Sequence record: LR597645 | Length of the DNA stretch: 43,664 nt | Direction: 5' to 3' (one strand) | Source: Escherichia phage Fraca | Shown: one piece after another, positions 8,863 to 19,131 of the stretch | Layout of the letters: every line of letters begins with the position of its first letter | Position numbering within the stretch: the first letter of the stretch is position 1 | Made by a program: the position numbers and the translations under genes | Notes under the pieces: generated by a model | What the model was told of the DNA's origin: nothing | What the model saw: only the letters and a program-made list of their open reading frames with translations | Database searches by the model: none

Positions 8863-11800
8863 ATGGCAACGCTGCGCGAGCTAATCATCAAAATTTCGGC
8901 GAACTCTTCTTCTTTCCAGTCAGAGATCGCCAGAGCGTCCCGCATGGGAACCGATTACTACCGCACTATGGAACAGGGCGGGAAAAAAGCTGCAGCGGCC
9001 ACGCGTGAAACTCAGCGGTCTTTGGCTGACCTGAATTCTCAGCTTGCAACCGTGCGATCCTCTGCTGCCGGGCTTGCCGGTGCGTGGGCTGGTGCATTTG
9101 CCACGCATCAGCTGATTCAGTTTGCCGACACGTGGAACCAGTTGAATGGGCGTCTTCGCCTTGCGTCCTCTTCCAGTGAGGATTACGTGCAATCCCAGCG
9201 CGTGCTGATGGAGATTAGCCAGCGCACCGGAACATCCCTCGAGGCAAACAGCAACCTGTACAGCAGAATTGCGCAGTCCCTGCGAGATGCCGGTTACGCT
9301 TCTGCTGACGTCGCAAAAGTTACGGAAACCGTAGCAACCTCACTGAAGCTGTCTGGCGCCAGTACCGAAGAGGCAAGTTCTGTTATCACCCAGCTTAGCC
9401 AGGCACTTGGCTCAGGCGTTTTGCGAGGTGAAGAATTTAACTCCATCATGGAGAACGGTGGCCGCCTGGCGAAACTGCTGGCTGATGGGCTGGGTACCAC
9501 TGTTGGTGGCCTGCGAAATATGGCCAACAACGGCGATCTGACGACCAACAAGATCGTCCCGCTGCTGACCAACGTTGAGATCCTCCGTAAAGAATTCGAC
9601 ACCCTTCCTGCATCCATCAGCGGATCTGCACAGAAAGTGCAAAACGCCTTTCTCGCATGGGTTGGCGGGGCGAATGATGCTGTCGGCGCATCATCCACGC
9701 TTTCTGGCGTGCTGGATGGTCTGGCGAATAACATCGATGATGTGGCAAATACAGCCGGTCTTCTGGTTGGTGTTGGCCTCGCTCGTTATTTTGGCAACAT
9801 GGTCGGCAGCGTTGCTCAGTCAACCCGGGCAGTCCTCGCTAATACGGCCGCCGAGGTCGCGCTGGCGCAGGCTCAGGTCCGTGGAGCTCAGGTTAGCGTT
9901 GCTGCTGGTCGCCAGGCTGTTTACCGCGCTCAACAGGCGCGTGCAGCGGCGACGAGTATTGAGGCTCAGATTGTAGCTGAGCGTAATCTTGCTGCTGCTC
10001 AGGCATCACTGAATACGGCGCTTGCTGGCAGGACTTCGGCCGTTAATAACCTCACCAATACAGCCTCGGTGATGTCCCGCCTGGGTAGTGGCGTTCTTGG
10101 TATTCTCGGTGGCTGGCCTGGAGTGATTATCGGTGCCGGCGCTGCGATGTATGGCCTGTATCAGCATACCCAGCAGGTGCACCGTGAGGCGGTAGGTTTT
10201 GCCAACAACCTCGACGAGATCAACACCAAGCTCCAGCAGATGTCGGTGCTTGGCCTGCGTTCGACCGCGGCTGATGCCCGTACATCTTTACAGGCGCAAA
10301 AACAGGACCTGGCCGACCTCGACTCTCAGATCGCGAAGGTGAAAGACAGCCTTAAGGCGGTTGACCAAATCCAGCAGGACTATAACCGCCATCCGACGCT
10401 GACCCTGATTAACACTTTCATGGACCAGGCCGACATCACGGCCAAAAATATCGAGCTGACCGATAAGCTGAACCAGCTGGAGTACCAGCGCGAACAGGCA
10501 GCCTCAAAAGTCGAGCAAACGCAGAAGCTGGTAAACCAGGCCAGCGATCTGGCCACGCAAAAGGCTATCGAACAGGCTGGCGCCGTCTCTATCCTGAAAG
10601 GTGCGTATGACCTGCTTAACCGCTCAATGTCAGCGACCGCTGGCGCCAAGCCGCCGCAATATGCCGGGCCCGTCGTTTCACTGGCAAACGCAACGCCTCA
10701 ACAGCAAACTGCACTGGAGCGCTCGCGCCGAGATAACGAGCTGGCCAGCCTAAGCGGTTTAGAGAAACTCCATCAGCAGCACGTGTATGAAGCAGAAGAC
10801 CTGAAGCTGACGGGAGCACTTTACACCCAGTACATCTACAACAAGGATCAGGCAGCCAAAAAAGATGCAGCGGCTGCGGAGGCAAAAAAAACCTCTACCG
10901 CCGCCTCGAAAGCACAGAGTAAAGCCGAGCGCGAAGCGGCCAGCACCGCCGAACAGTATTCCCGGAAAATGGCCGATCTGAGTGTGGCTATCGACGTGCA
11001 ACGCGTCAGGGCGACGGAAGGCGAAAAAGCCTCCGAGCTTTACGCGGCATCGCACCAGGCAGGCACTAAATGGACCGACGAGCAGCGCAGGGCGATCCAG
11101 GCATCATCAGCAGAGCTGGCAAAATGGACGCAAAAAGCCGACGAGAACGTGCGCAAGCAGCGCGAACAAGCTGATGCCCTGAAAGATTTAACTGAAGCGG
11201 CCCGAAAGTTCAGGGATGAGGCGACGCTGACAACCGAAACCGCAGGCATGAGCGATCGCCAGCGTAGCCGTTTCGACGAGACGCAACAGATCGACCGTGT
11301 TTTTGCTAAAACGGACGGCGGTACCGAGGCCATCGCGCAGCGCGCCGCAGCCCTCGATGCTCTGGATAAGAAATACAAGGCTATTGCAGCAGCTGAAGCG
11401 GATTGGATGTCCGGAGTATCACGCGGCTATGCAAACTGGTTTGATGAAATCAGCAATGTTTCCGGCACGGTTTCTGACGGGGTGAAAACCACACTCGACA
11501 GCGCGTTTAGTAATGTCACCTCAATGCTCGAAGGCAATAAGGTCAGCTGGAAATCCTGGGGTATCTCTGTTTTACAGATTATCGAAAAAGTGGCTCTGCA
11601 GATGGCGGTGGTAAGCGCGATGGGTGGGGCCTCTTCCGGTTCTGGCATCTTTGGCTCTCTCATCGGCAGTGTAGGCAGCTTCTTCGGGGGCGGGGCGGGA
11701 GCATCAGCCAGCACCGGTACGGCGGTTTCCAGTTACGGATCGAACTTCCAGTTTAACGCCAAAGGCGGCGTTTATGACTCTCCATCTCTGAGCGCTTTCA

Positions 11801-12144
11801 GTAATGGGATCGTCAGAAACCCCACCATGTTCGCTTTCGCGAAAGGCGGGGCCGGAATCATGGGCGAGGCCGGGCCGGAGGCAATCATGCCGCTGACTCG
11901 CGCACCGGATGGTTCACTCGGTGTTCGTGCGGTCGGCGCTAGTGGTGGTCAGTCTGTATCTTCGGCGCCACAGGTTTATATCACCATCGATGGCAACGGA
12001 AATACCTCCACGCAGACTTCACCCGGTCTTGAGCAATTTGGTGCTGATGTCGGTAAATATGTTGATCAGCGATATAAGCAGAACATCATGCGAGATATTC
12101 GCCCTGGCGGTGACATCTGGAACGCAATGAAAGGAACCCGATAA
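8863..12144 (+). CDS. Tail tape measure protein
   Basis: 1093 aa, Ala/Gln-rich coiled-coil protein downstream of the G/T chaperone. Confidence 0.9.
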   Translation: MATLRELIIKISANSSSFQSEIARASRMGTDYYRTMEQGGKKAAAATRETQRSLADLNSQLATVRSSAAGLAGAWAGAFATHQLIQFADTWNQLNGRLRLASSSSEDYVQSQRVLMEISQRTGTSLEANSNLYSRIAQSLRDAGYASADVAKVTETVATSLKLSGASTEEASSVITQLSQALGSGVLRGEEFNSIMENGGRLAKLLADGLGTTVGGLRNMANNGDLTTNKIVPLLTNVEILRKEFDTLPASISGSAQKVQNAFLAWVGGANDAVGASSTLSGVLDGLANNIDDVANTAGLLVGVGLARYFGNMVGSVAQSTRAVLANTAAEVALAQAQVRGAQVSVAAGRQAVYRAQQARAAATSIEAQIVAERNLAAAQASLNTALAGRTSAVNNLTNTASVMSRLGSGVLGILGGWPGVIIGAGAAMYGLYQHTQQVHREAVGFANNLDEINTKLQQMSVLGLRSTAADARTSLQAQKQDLADLDSQIAKVKDSLKAVDQIQQDYNRHPTLTLINTFMDQADITAKNIELTDKLNQLEYQREQAASKVEQTQKLVNQASDLATQKAIEQAGAVSILKGAYDLLNRSMSATAGAKPPQYAGPVVSLANATPQQQTALERSRRDNELASLSGLEKLHQQHVYEAEDLKLTGALYTQYIYNKDQAAKKDAAAAEAKKTSTAASKAQSKAEREAASTAEQYSRKMADLSVAIDVQRVRATEGEKASELYAASHQAGTKWTDEQRRAIQASSAELAKWTQKADENVRKQREQADALKDLTEAARKFRDEATLTTETAGMSDRQRSRFDETQQIDRVFAKTDGGTEAIAQRAAALDALDKKYKAIAAAEADWMSGVSRGYANWFDEISNVSGTVSDGVKTTLDSAFSNVTSMLEGNKVSWKSWGISVLQIIEKVALQMAVVSAMGGASSGSGIFGSLIGSVGSFFGGGAGASASTGTAVSSYGSNFQFNAKGGVYDSPSLSAFSNGIVRNPTMFAFAKGGAGIMGEAGPEAIMPLTRAPDGSLGVRAVGASGGQSVSSAPQVYITIDGNGNTSTQTSPGLEQFGADVGKYVDQRYKQNIMRDIRPGGDIWNAMKGTR

Positions 12145-12146
12145 AA

Positions 12147-12485
12147 ATGGCTATCGAAACTTTCACCTGGTGCCCACGAATTAACGCTGAGGCAGATATA
12201 AATTTCCGCGTCAGGAAAGCACAGTTTGGTGATGGATATGAGCAGGTTTCAGGGGATGGATTGAATACCAGAACCCAGCAGTGGACGCTCAACTTTACTG
12301 GCAACGAAACCTACATTTCCGCCATTAAATCTTTTCTCGACAGGCATGAAGGGACGAAAGCCTTTCAGTGGAAGCCACCGCTCGAACCTTTAGGTTTGTA
12401 TCGTTGCGAAACGTATAAACCCACCGGGCTCGGCGCTGGGAAATTCAACCTTGAAGCAACATTCATCCAGGCATTTAAACCATGA
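12147..12485 (+). CDS. M: Minor tail protein (lambda gpM-like)
   Basis: 112 aa directly after the tape measure; sequence resembles lambda M. Confidence 0.8.
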   Translation: MAIETFTWCPRINAEADINFRVRKAQFGDGYEQVSGDGLNTRTQQWTLNFTGNETYISAIKSFLDRHEGTKAFQWKPPLEPLGLYRCETYKPTGLGAGKFNLEATFIQAFKP

Positions 12486-13240
12486 GCTTAAACGCAGACT
12501 ATCAGAAGCTGGAATCAGGGAACGACGTTCGCCTGATTGAGGTGGACGGTTCTTCTTTTGGACTGACGGAAGTTCTCCGCTTTCACAATTACAACATTCC
12601 CCACACCGAAGCGGAAATAGTCGCCGCCGGCGGGGATGAGGCCAAGCTCCCGGCGAAACCAATCTGGTGGCAGGGTAATGAATATTCCGCCTGGCCGTAT
12701 CAGCTGGAAGGGTTGGAGAAATCGACCAGTGGCAGCAATGCGACGCCATCACTGACGGTCGCGAACATCGAAAGCTCTATTTCTGCCCTGTGTCTTGCGT
12801 ATGACGATTTGCTTCAGGCCAAGGTCACTATTCACGACACAAAGTCAAAATATCTCGATGCGAAAAACTTCGCAGGCGGTAACCCTACAGCAGATCCGAC
12901 TCAGGAGAAAATTCAGGTCTGGTATATCGACGGGAAAACGACCGAGCTTGCCGGCGAAACCATCGAGTTTGCACTGTCTAGCCCTATGGATCTTCAGGGG
13001 CAAATGATCCCGACACGGCAGCTTCATTCCCTGTGTACATGGTGCATTCGTAATAAGTACCGCACCGGCGACGGCTGCGACTATGCCGGCACGCGCTATT
13101 TCGACAAAAACAACAACCCGGTAAGCGATCCGTCACTGGATGAATGCAACGGCACACTGACGGCCTGCAAACTTCGGTTCGGTGAAAGCAACGAACTCTC
13201 GTTTGGTGGGTTCCCGGGTACGTCGCTGATCAGGAGTTGA
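12482..13240 (+). CDS. L: Minor tail protein (lambda gpL-like)
   Basis: 252 aa; ATGA overlap with M; C-terminal cysteine cluster as in gpL. Confidence 0.8.
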   Translation: MSLNADYQKLESGNDVRLIEVDGSSFGLTEVLRFHNYNIPHTEAEIVAAGGDEAKLPAKPIWWQGNEYSAWPYQLEGLEKSTSGSNATPSLTVANIESSISALCLAYDDLLQAKVTIHDTKSKYLDAKNFAGGNPTADPTQEKIQVWYIDGKTTELAGETIEFALSSPMDLQGQMIPTRQLHSLCTWCIRNKYRTGDGCDYAGTRYFDKNNNPVSDPSLDECNGTLTACKLRFGESNELSFGGFPGTSLIRS

Positions 13241-13241
13241 T

Positions 13242-13952
13242 ATGCGTCAGAAAACCATTGATGCTATTATGGCGCATGCAGCCGCTGAACATCCACGTGA
13301 GTGCTGTGGTGTGGTGGCGCAGAAAAGCCGCGTTGAACGTTATTTTCCTTGCCGGAATCTTGCCGCGGCGCCGGAGGACAATTTTGTCCTTTGCCCCGAA
13401 GATTATGCATCTGCTGAGGACTGGGGTACGGTGATCGCCATCGTTCACAGCCACCCTGACGCCACTACGCAGCCGAGCGAACTGGATAAAGCGCAATGCG
13501 ACGCAACGCTTTTACCCTGGCATATCGTGAGCTGGCCGGAGGGGGATTTACGCACCATCCAGCCGCGCGGAGAGCTGCCGTTGCTGGAGCGTCCTTTTGT
13601 GCTTGGTCACTTTGACTGCTGGGGGCTGGTAATGAGCTATTTCCGGCAAACTCATGGTATCGAACTCCACGATTACCGGGTTGATTATCCCTGGTGGGAA
13701 AACGACTACCCGGACAACTTCTATCAGGATTGCTGGTACGAATGCGGATTCCGTGAATTCGACGGGCCGCCGAAACCTGGCGATATGGTGATCATGCAGG
13801 TGCAGGCTGATAAGTGGAACCACGCGGGTATATTGCTGGAGGGCAATATGCTGCTGCACCACCTGTACGGTCACCTGAGTCAGCGAGTACCATATGGCGG
13901 TTACTGGCAGGAACGAACGATGAAGATTCTCCGTTACAAATCTCTGTGCTAA
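13242..13952 (+). CDS. K: Tail assembly protein K (JAB/MPN plus NlpC/P60-like)
   Basis: 236 aa; HSHP metal-binding motif and Cys-containing C-terminal half, as in lambda gpK. Confidence 0.8.
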   Translation: MRQKTIDAIMAHAAAEHPRECCGVVAQKSRVERYFPCRNLAAAPEDNFVLCPEDYASAEDWGTVIAIVHSHPDATTQPSELDKAQCDATLLPWHIVSWPEGDLRTIQPRGELPLLERPFVLGHFDCWGLVMSYFRQTHGIELHDYRVDYPWWENDYPDNFYQDCWYECGFREFDGPPKPGDMVIMQVQADKWNHAGILLEGNMLLHHLYGHLSQRVPYGGYWQERTMKILRYKSLC

Positions 13953-13984
13953 CCTTTTGCAAAACGAAAAAAGGGGTTAGGGAT

Positions 13985-14332
13985 ATGAGGAAATTTCTTT
14001 CGATATTAGCGTGTAGCCTGATTATTGTTGGTTGCACACCTTCTGAAAAGGATTTTATTGACATGGGGGAGTCCTTGGTCAAAGACACCCTTAAAGATCC
14101 GGACAGTGCCAAGTTTGAATCATTTTTCCGTGATTTTGGTGAAAATTCTGGATATGTTTGCGGTTATGTGAATGCTAAAAATTCATACGGCGCATACACG
14201 GGTAAAAAACCATATTATGTGCGGATTGAGGTCAAAGATGGAAAGGTCAATAATCATGGACCAATCATCATTATTAATGACCAAGACCAGAAGAAAATTG
14301 ATTCCTATGAGTCAATCTGTCAAAGGGACTGA
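13985..14332 (+). CDS. Lipoprotein (moron in the tail module)
   Basis: ATG at 13985 with GGGG RBS; signal peptide MRKFLSILACSLIIVGC with lipobox; AT-rich relative to neighbours. Confidence 0.65.
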   Translation: MRKFLSILACSLIIVGCTPSEKDFIDMGESLVKDTLKDPDSAKFESFFRDFGENSGYVCGYVNAKNSYGAYTGKKPYYVRIEVKDGKVNNHGPIIIINDQDQKKIDSYESICQRD

Positions 14333-14338
14333 TATGCC

Positions 14339-14674
14339 ATGAAAAAGATTATCCTCCCAATTTTTATCTTCCTGCTGATGGGATGTTCTGTTTCTTCACT
14401 AGAAGAACAAAAACCTATCCTATCAGAGCATTCAACAAAAACTGTTGATGAGGTTAATCGTTGCCTTTCTCCTAAATGGGTGGAGCTACGATCTTCAAGC
14501 TCAAGCATACCCACTGAATCAGGATACAAAATCACAGCATCAGACGATATATTCGGTGCTCTTTCGGTGGTGAATATCGATAAATCAGCGACAGGCGGAA
14601 GCGATATAAAGGTTTATGCCGTCGCGAAAGGATGGAACGACCACTGGGCTACGGCCGCCAGATCATGTCTTTGA
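14339..14674 (+). CDS. Lipoprotein (second moron in the tail module)
   Basis: 111 aa; signal peptide MKKIILPIFIFLLMGC with lipobox; AT-rich. Confidence 0.65.
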   Translation: MKKIILPIFIFLLMGCSVSSLEEQKPILSEHSTKTVDEVNRCLSPKWVELRSSSSSIPTESGYKITASDDIFGALSVVNIDKSATGGSDIKVYAVAKGWNDHWATAARSCL

Positions 14675-14692
14675 AAACCCTAAAATAATCTA

Positions 14693-14717
14693 AGCCACCT
14701 TCGGGTGGCTTTTTTTA
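14693..14717 (+). terminator. Intrinsic terminator after the lipoprotein morons
   Basis: AGCCACCTTCGGGTGGCT hairpin followed by a T7 tract. Confidence 0.75.
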
Positions 14718-14723
14718 TGGAGA

Positions 14724-15329
14724 ATGAAAATGTCAGAGGTTATGACCAGAATTGAGCTCGGCGGTGTTTTGGGTAAAACCTACGGGAAGGTTCACCATCG
14801 TCTAATAAGAACAACCGCAGAAGCGATAAACTCACTTACAAAAACAATAGACGGGCTGGAGAAATTTTTGATAACCAGCAAAGCAAGGGGCCTGACCTAC
14901 GCCGTCTTTAAAGATAAAAAAAATATCGGAAAAGATGATTTTGGTTTTCCGGTAACAGGTGAAGTTATTCGAATTGTCCCTGTAGTGATCGGAAGTAAAA
15001 AAGCTGGAGTTTTACAGACAATTCTTGGAGCTGTTCTTGTCGTTGCGGGGATTGCAGTTGGAATGCTTTCTGGTGGAACACTATCTGCTGTTGGTTACGG
15101 AGCCGCGAAGTTTGGTGCAGCTATGATCGCTGGTGGAGTTGTTCAGATGCTATCGCCTCAACCCGGGGGCCTGGCCAGCAAACAAAGCGCAGATAACCGT
15201 GCATCGTATGCGTTCGGCGGGGTGACAAATACCGCCGCACAGGGTTACCCGGTTCCGCTCCTTTACGGCCGCCGGCGAATCGGCGGGGCAATTATTTCCG
15301 CCGGAATTTATGTCGAAGATCAGCAGTAG
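14724..15329 (+). CDS. I: Tail assembly protein I (lambda gpI-like)
   Basis: 201 aa with a Gly/Ala-rich hydrophobic C-terminal half, as in gpI; position between K and J. Confidence 0.8.
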   Translation: MKMSEVMTRIELGGVLGKTYGKVHHRLIRTTAEAINSLTKTIDGLEKFLITSKARGLTYAVFKDKKNIGKDDFGFPVTGEVIRIVPVVIGSKKAGVLQTILGAVLVVAGIAVGMLSGGTLSAVGYGAAKFGAAMIAGGVVQMLSPQPGGLASKQSADNRASYAFGGVTNTAAQGYPVPLLYGRRRIGGAIISAGIYVEDQQ

Positions 15330-15347
15330 AGAACAAACCTTTTTACA

Positions 15348-15371
15348 AGCCACCCCCGGGTGGCTTTTTTT
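15348..15371 (+). terminator. Intrinsic terminator upstream of J, near-identical to the 14693 element
   Basis: AGCCACCCCCGGGTGGCT hairpin followed by a T7 tract, then ATG at 15383. Confidence 0.7.
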
Positions 15372-15382
15372 ATGGGCGCGAT

Positions 15383-18300
15383 ATGGCTAAAACAATTACC
15401 GGACGAAAAGGGGGGAGCTCCAGTTCCCGAACTCCTACCGAACAGCCTGATGATCTGCAATCTGTAGCGAAGGCAAAGATCCTCGTTGCGCTTGGGGAAG
15501 GGGAGTTTGCTGGACAGCTCACCGGGAAGGATATCTACCTGGACGGAACGGCGCTGGAGAACGCCGACGGCTCCCAAAACTTCAGCGGCGTTACGTGGGA
15601 ATTCCGCGCGGGTACACAGGCCCAGAAGTACATTCAGGGCATTCCCGGTACCGAAAACGAAATCAGCGTGGGCACCGAGGTAACGAGCGCTACAGCGTGG
15701 ACACGAACCTTCACCAATACACAGCTTTCAGCGGTTCGTTTACGCCTGAAATGGCCTTCGCTTTTCAAGCAGGAGGACGATGGCGATCTGGTTGGTTACT
15801 CGGTTAATTATGCGATTGACTTGCAGACGGACGGCGGGACATGGCAGACAGTCCTCAATACCAGTGTGACCGGGAAAACGACCTCAGGTTATGAGCGTAG
15901 CCACCGTATTGATTTACCTCAGGCGGGCAGCACCTGGACAATCAGACTACGCAAAATTACCGCTGACGCCAACAGCGCGAAAATCGGCGACACGATGACG
16001 CTACAGAGCTTCACTGAGGTGATTGATGCGAAATTGCGATATCCGAACACCGCGCTGCTGTACATTGAATTCGACTCCAGCCAGTTTAATGGTTCTATAC
16101 CTCAGATCTCCTGTGAGCCTCGTGGCCGCGTTATTCGGGTTCCTGATACTTACGACCCGGAAACTCGATCTTACAGCGGGACATGGACCGGGGCGTTTAA
16201 GTGGGCATGGACGGATAACCCTGCGTGGATTTTTTACGATCTGGTTGTTTCTGACCGGTTCGGCCTCGGTCACCGTTTGACTGCTGCTAACATCGATAAA
16301 TGGACGCTTTATCAGGTCGCCCAGTATTGCGATCAGATGGTACCGGACGGTAAGGGTGGCGATGGAACAGAACCACGCTATACCTGCAACGTGTACATTC
16401 AGGACCGGAACGACGCTTACACAGTCCTGCGTGATTTTGCTGCTATTTTCCGTGGCATGACGTACTGGGGTGGCGATCAGATCGTTGCTCTGGCCGATAT
16501 GCCCCGTGATGTGGATTACAGCTACACGCGCGCTAATGTTGTTGGCGGTCGCTTCACCTATTCAAGCAGCACCACGAAAACCCGCTACACTACAGCGCTG
16601 GTTTCATGGTCCGATCCCGGTAACGCCTATGCTGACGCGATGGAACCCGTATTTGAGCAGGCTCTGGTGGCGCGGTACGGCTTCAATCAGCTGGAAATGA
16701 CAGCCATCGGCTGTACCAGGCAGTCAGAAGCGAACCGAAAGGGGCGCTGGGGTATTCTCACCAACAACAAGGATCGCGTTGTTTCGTTTGATGTCGGGCT
16801 GGACGGAAACATACCGCAGCCTGGCTATATCATCGCTGTGGCAGACGAGCTGCTTTCCGGAAAGGTTATGGGCGGACGCATCAGCGCCGTTAATGGTCGC
16901 GTTATCAAACTTGACCGTGTAGCTGATGCGGCAGCAGGTGATCGCCTTATCCTCAACCTTCCCTCCGGAGCGTCACAGAGCAGGACCATTCAGGCGGTTA
17001 ACGGGGAATCGGTCACAGTCACCACCGCGTACAGTGAGACGCCTCAGGTCGAAGCTGTCTGGGTGGTTGAGTCAAACGAACTCTACGCGCAGCAGTATCG
17101 TGTTGTGAGTGTCGCTGATAACGATGATGGCACTTTCACCATTACCGGTGCATGGCACGATCCGGATAAATATGCCCGAATCGATACCGGAGCCATCATT
17201 GACCAGCGGCCGGTGAGCGTGATCCCGCCGGGCAACCAGTCGCCGCCTGCGAACATCGTGATCAGCTCGTTTTCTGTGGTGCAGCAAAATATCAGCGTCG
17301 AAACGATGCGGGTGAGCTGGGACCAGGCGCAGAACGCTATCGCCTATGAAGCTCAATGGCGCCGCAACGACGGGAACTGGGTTAACGTGCCGCGCAGCTC
17401 CACCACGTCATTCGACGTTCCGGGGATTTATGCCGGGCGCTACCTGGTGCGCGTGCGCGCAATCAACGCCGCTGAAATTTCTTCCGGATGGGGGTATTCA
17501 GAAGAGAAAACGCTGACGGGTAAAGTGGGCAATCCACCGAAGCCGGTGGGTTTCATCGCGTCTGAAAACGTGGTTTTCGGTATCGAGCTGAACTGGGGAT
17601 TCCCGGCGAATACCGACGACACGCTGAAGACGGAAATTCAGTACAGCCTTACCGGTACCGAAGACGATGCGATGCTGCTGGCCGATGTGCCTTACCCGCA
17701 GCGCAAATATCAGCAGATGGGACTTAAGGCTGGGCAGATTTTCTGGTACCGCGCGCAGCTGGTGGACCGTAGCGGCAACGAATCAGGTTATACCGAATGG
17801 GTGCGAGGACAGGCCAGCATCGATGTTTCCGACATCACAGACGTGATCCTGGAGGAAATTAAGGACTCCGATACGTTCAAAGACCTGATCGAGAACGCGG
17901 TGGACAGCAACGAAAAAATTGCTGGCATGGCTGACGAAATCAAAAACCATGCTGACGAACTCGAGCAGCAGGCGAAAGACATCCAGGAGAACGCTGACGG
18001 GCTGGCTCAGGCCGAAGTGAAGATAGACGAGATCTCTGTGTCGATGGACGGCATGACGGGAGGTGTGAAGAACTCGGCAATTGCGATAATCCAGGCCAAT
18101 CTCGCTCAGGTGGCCACGCGTAAAACGCTGTCGGCATCGGTAGCCGGTAACAGCGCGCAGCTGGACCGCATTGATGAGGTGATCGTCACTGACAGGGAGG
18201 CAACGGCACGCGCATTGCTGAGCCTGCAGACGAACGTCAACGGCAATACGGCATCCATCAACAGTCTGAGCCAGACGGTTTCGAATTACCAGCAGACCAC

Positions 18301-18829
18301 GGCGACGCAGATAAACGCCATCACTGCGACCATAAACGGAAATACGGCGGCGATAACAACGAACGCCCAGGCAATTGCGAACGTAAACGGCCAACTCAGC
18401 GCGATGTACAACATCAAAGTTGCGGTAACGAGTAATGGCCAGTATTACGCCGCAGGCATGGGGATCGGGGTGGAGAATACGCCATCAGGGATGCAGTCGC
18501 AGGTAATCTTCCTGGCCGACCGTTTTGCCGTCACTACGGCAGCAGGAAACAGCGTGGCGTTGCCATTTGTGATCCAGAATGGTCAGACGTTCATCAGGGC
18601 CAGCTTCATTCAGGACGGTACCATTGAGAACGCCAAAATCGGTAACTATATCCAGTCGAATAACTATGTGGCTGGCTCGGCAGGCTGGAAACTTGATAAA
18701 GGCGGCACCTGGGAAAACTACGGCAGCGACGGTCAGGGAGCAAGAAAATCCACCAATGTCACTGACAGTATCAGGGATTCAAATGGCGTGCTCCGCGTGC
18801 AAATCGGCAAACTTACAGGGGTGTTTTGA
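15383..18829 (+). CDS. J: Host specificity / tip attachment protein J (central tail fibre)
   Basis: 1148 aa ORF in the lambda J position; fibronectin-like middle region and C-terminal receptor-binding region. Confidence 0.9.
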   Translation: MAKTITGRKGGSSSSRTPTEQPDDLQSVAKAKILVALGEGEFAGQLTGKDIYLDGTALENADGSQNFSGVTWEFRAGTQAQKYIQGIPGTENEISVGTEVTSATAWTRTFTNTQLSAVRLRLKWPSLFKQEDDGDLVGYSVNYAIDLQTDGGTWQTVLNTSVTGKTTSGYERSHRIDLPQAGSTWTIRLRKITADANSAKIGDTMTLQSFTEVIDAKLRYPNTALLYIEFDSSQFNGSIPQISCEPRGRVIRVPDTYDPETRSYSGTWTGAFKWAWTDNPAWIFYDLVVSDRFGLGHRLTAANIDKWTLYQVAQYCDQMVPDGKGGDGTEPRYTCNVYIQDRNDAYTVLRDFAAIFRGMTYWGGDQIVALADMPRDVDYSYTRANVVGGRFTYSSSTTKTRYTTALVSWSDPGNAYADAMEPVFEQALVARYGFNQLEMTAIGCTRQSEANRKGRWGILTNNKDRVVSFDVGLDGNIPQPGYIIAVADELLSGKVMGGRISAVNGRVIKLDRVADAAAGDRLILNLPSGASQSRTIQAVNGESVTVTTAYSETPQVEAVWVVESNELYAQQYRVVSVADNDDGTFTITGAWHDPDKYARIDTGAIIDQRPVSVIPPGNQSPPANIVISSFSVVQQNISVETMRVSWDQAQNAIAYEAQWRRNDGNWVNVPRSSTTSFDVPGIYAGRYLVRVRAINAAEISSGWGYSEEKTLTGKVGNPPKPVGFIASENVVFGIELNWGFPANTDDTLKTEIQYSLTGTEDDAMLLADVPYPQRKYQQMGLKAGQIFWYRAQLVDRSGNESGYTEWVRGQASIDVSDITDVILEEIKDSDTFKDLIENAVDSNEKIAGMADEIKNHADELEQQAKDIQENADGLAQAEVKIDEISVSMDGMTGGVKNSAIAIIQANLAQVATRKTLSASVAGNSAQLDRIDEVIVTDREATARALLSLQTNVNGNTASINSLSQTVSNYQQTTATQINAITATINGNTAAITTNAQAIANVNGQLSAMYNIKVAVTSNGQYYAAGMGIGVENTPSGMQSQVIFLADRFAVTTAAGNSVALPFVIQNGQTFIRASFIQDGTIENAKIGNYIQSNNYVAGSAGWKLDKGGTWENYGSDGQGARKSTNVTDSIRDSNGVLRVQIGKLTGVF

Positions 18830-19131
18830 TGTCATGGGGTATACAAACATGGGATGCGTCGGGTAAACCCAACAACTACGGTATCAAGCCAGTTTCAGTT
18901 GTTGGGCGTATACAGCTGGCTGCCGGACAAAACTCCGGCAACTGGTCTTTCGCGGTGCCCTCAGGAATGAAGGTCGGCTTTGTGCTCACACTTGATGAAG
19001 GAGGAAGCAGCGTAGGGAGGCGCATTGTCGCGTCAGGGAACACAATAACTGTAACTGCTGCCTCTTCTGTAGGCCTGGGAAATTACCCGGCCTCTAAGTG
19101 TGAGGTGATCGTTTTCATGGAGAAAGCATAG
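18829..19131 (+). CDS. Hypothetical protein downstream of J
   Basis: ATG at 18829 overlaps J stop; contains a WDASGK motif shared with the next gene. Confidence 0.55.
   Translation: MSWGIQTWDASGKPNNYGIKPVSVVGRIQLAAGQNSGNWSFAVPSGMKVGFVLTLDEGGSSVGRRIVASGNTITVTAASSVGLGNYPASKCEVIVFMEKA

Noticed and set aside
9294-9734. 146-aa minus-strand ORF inside the tape measure gene
   Set aside because: Antisense shadow ORF; the tape measure reading frame is continuous and characteristic
17783-18394. 203-aa minus-strand ORF inside the J gene
   Set aside because: Arg/Cys-rich shadow ORF lying entirely within the well-supported J coding sequence
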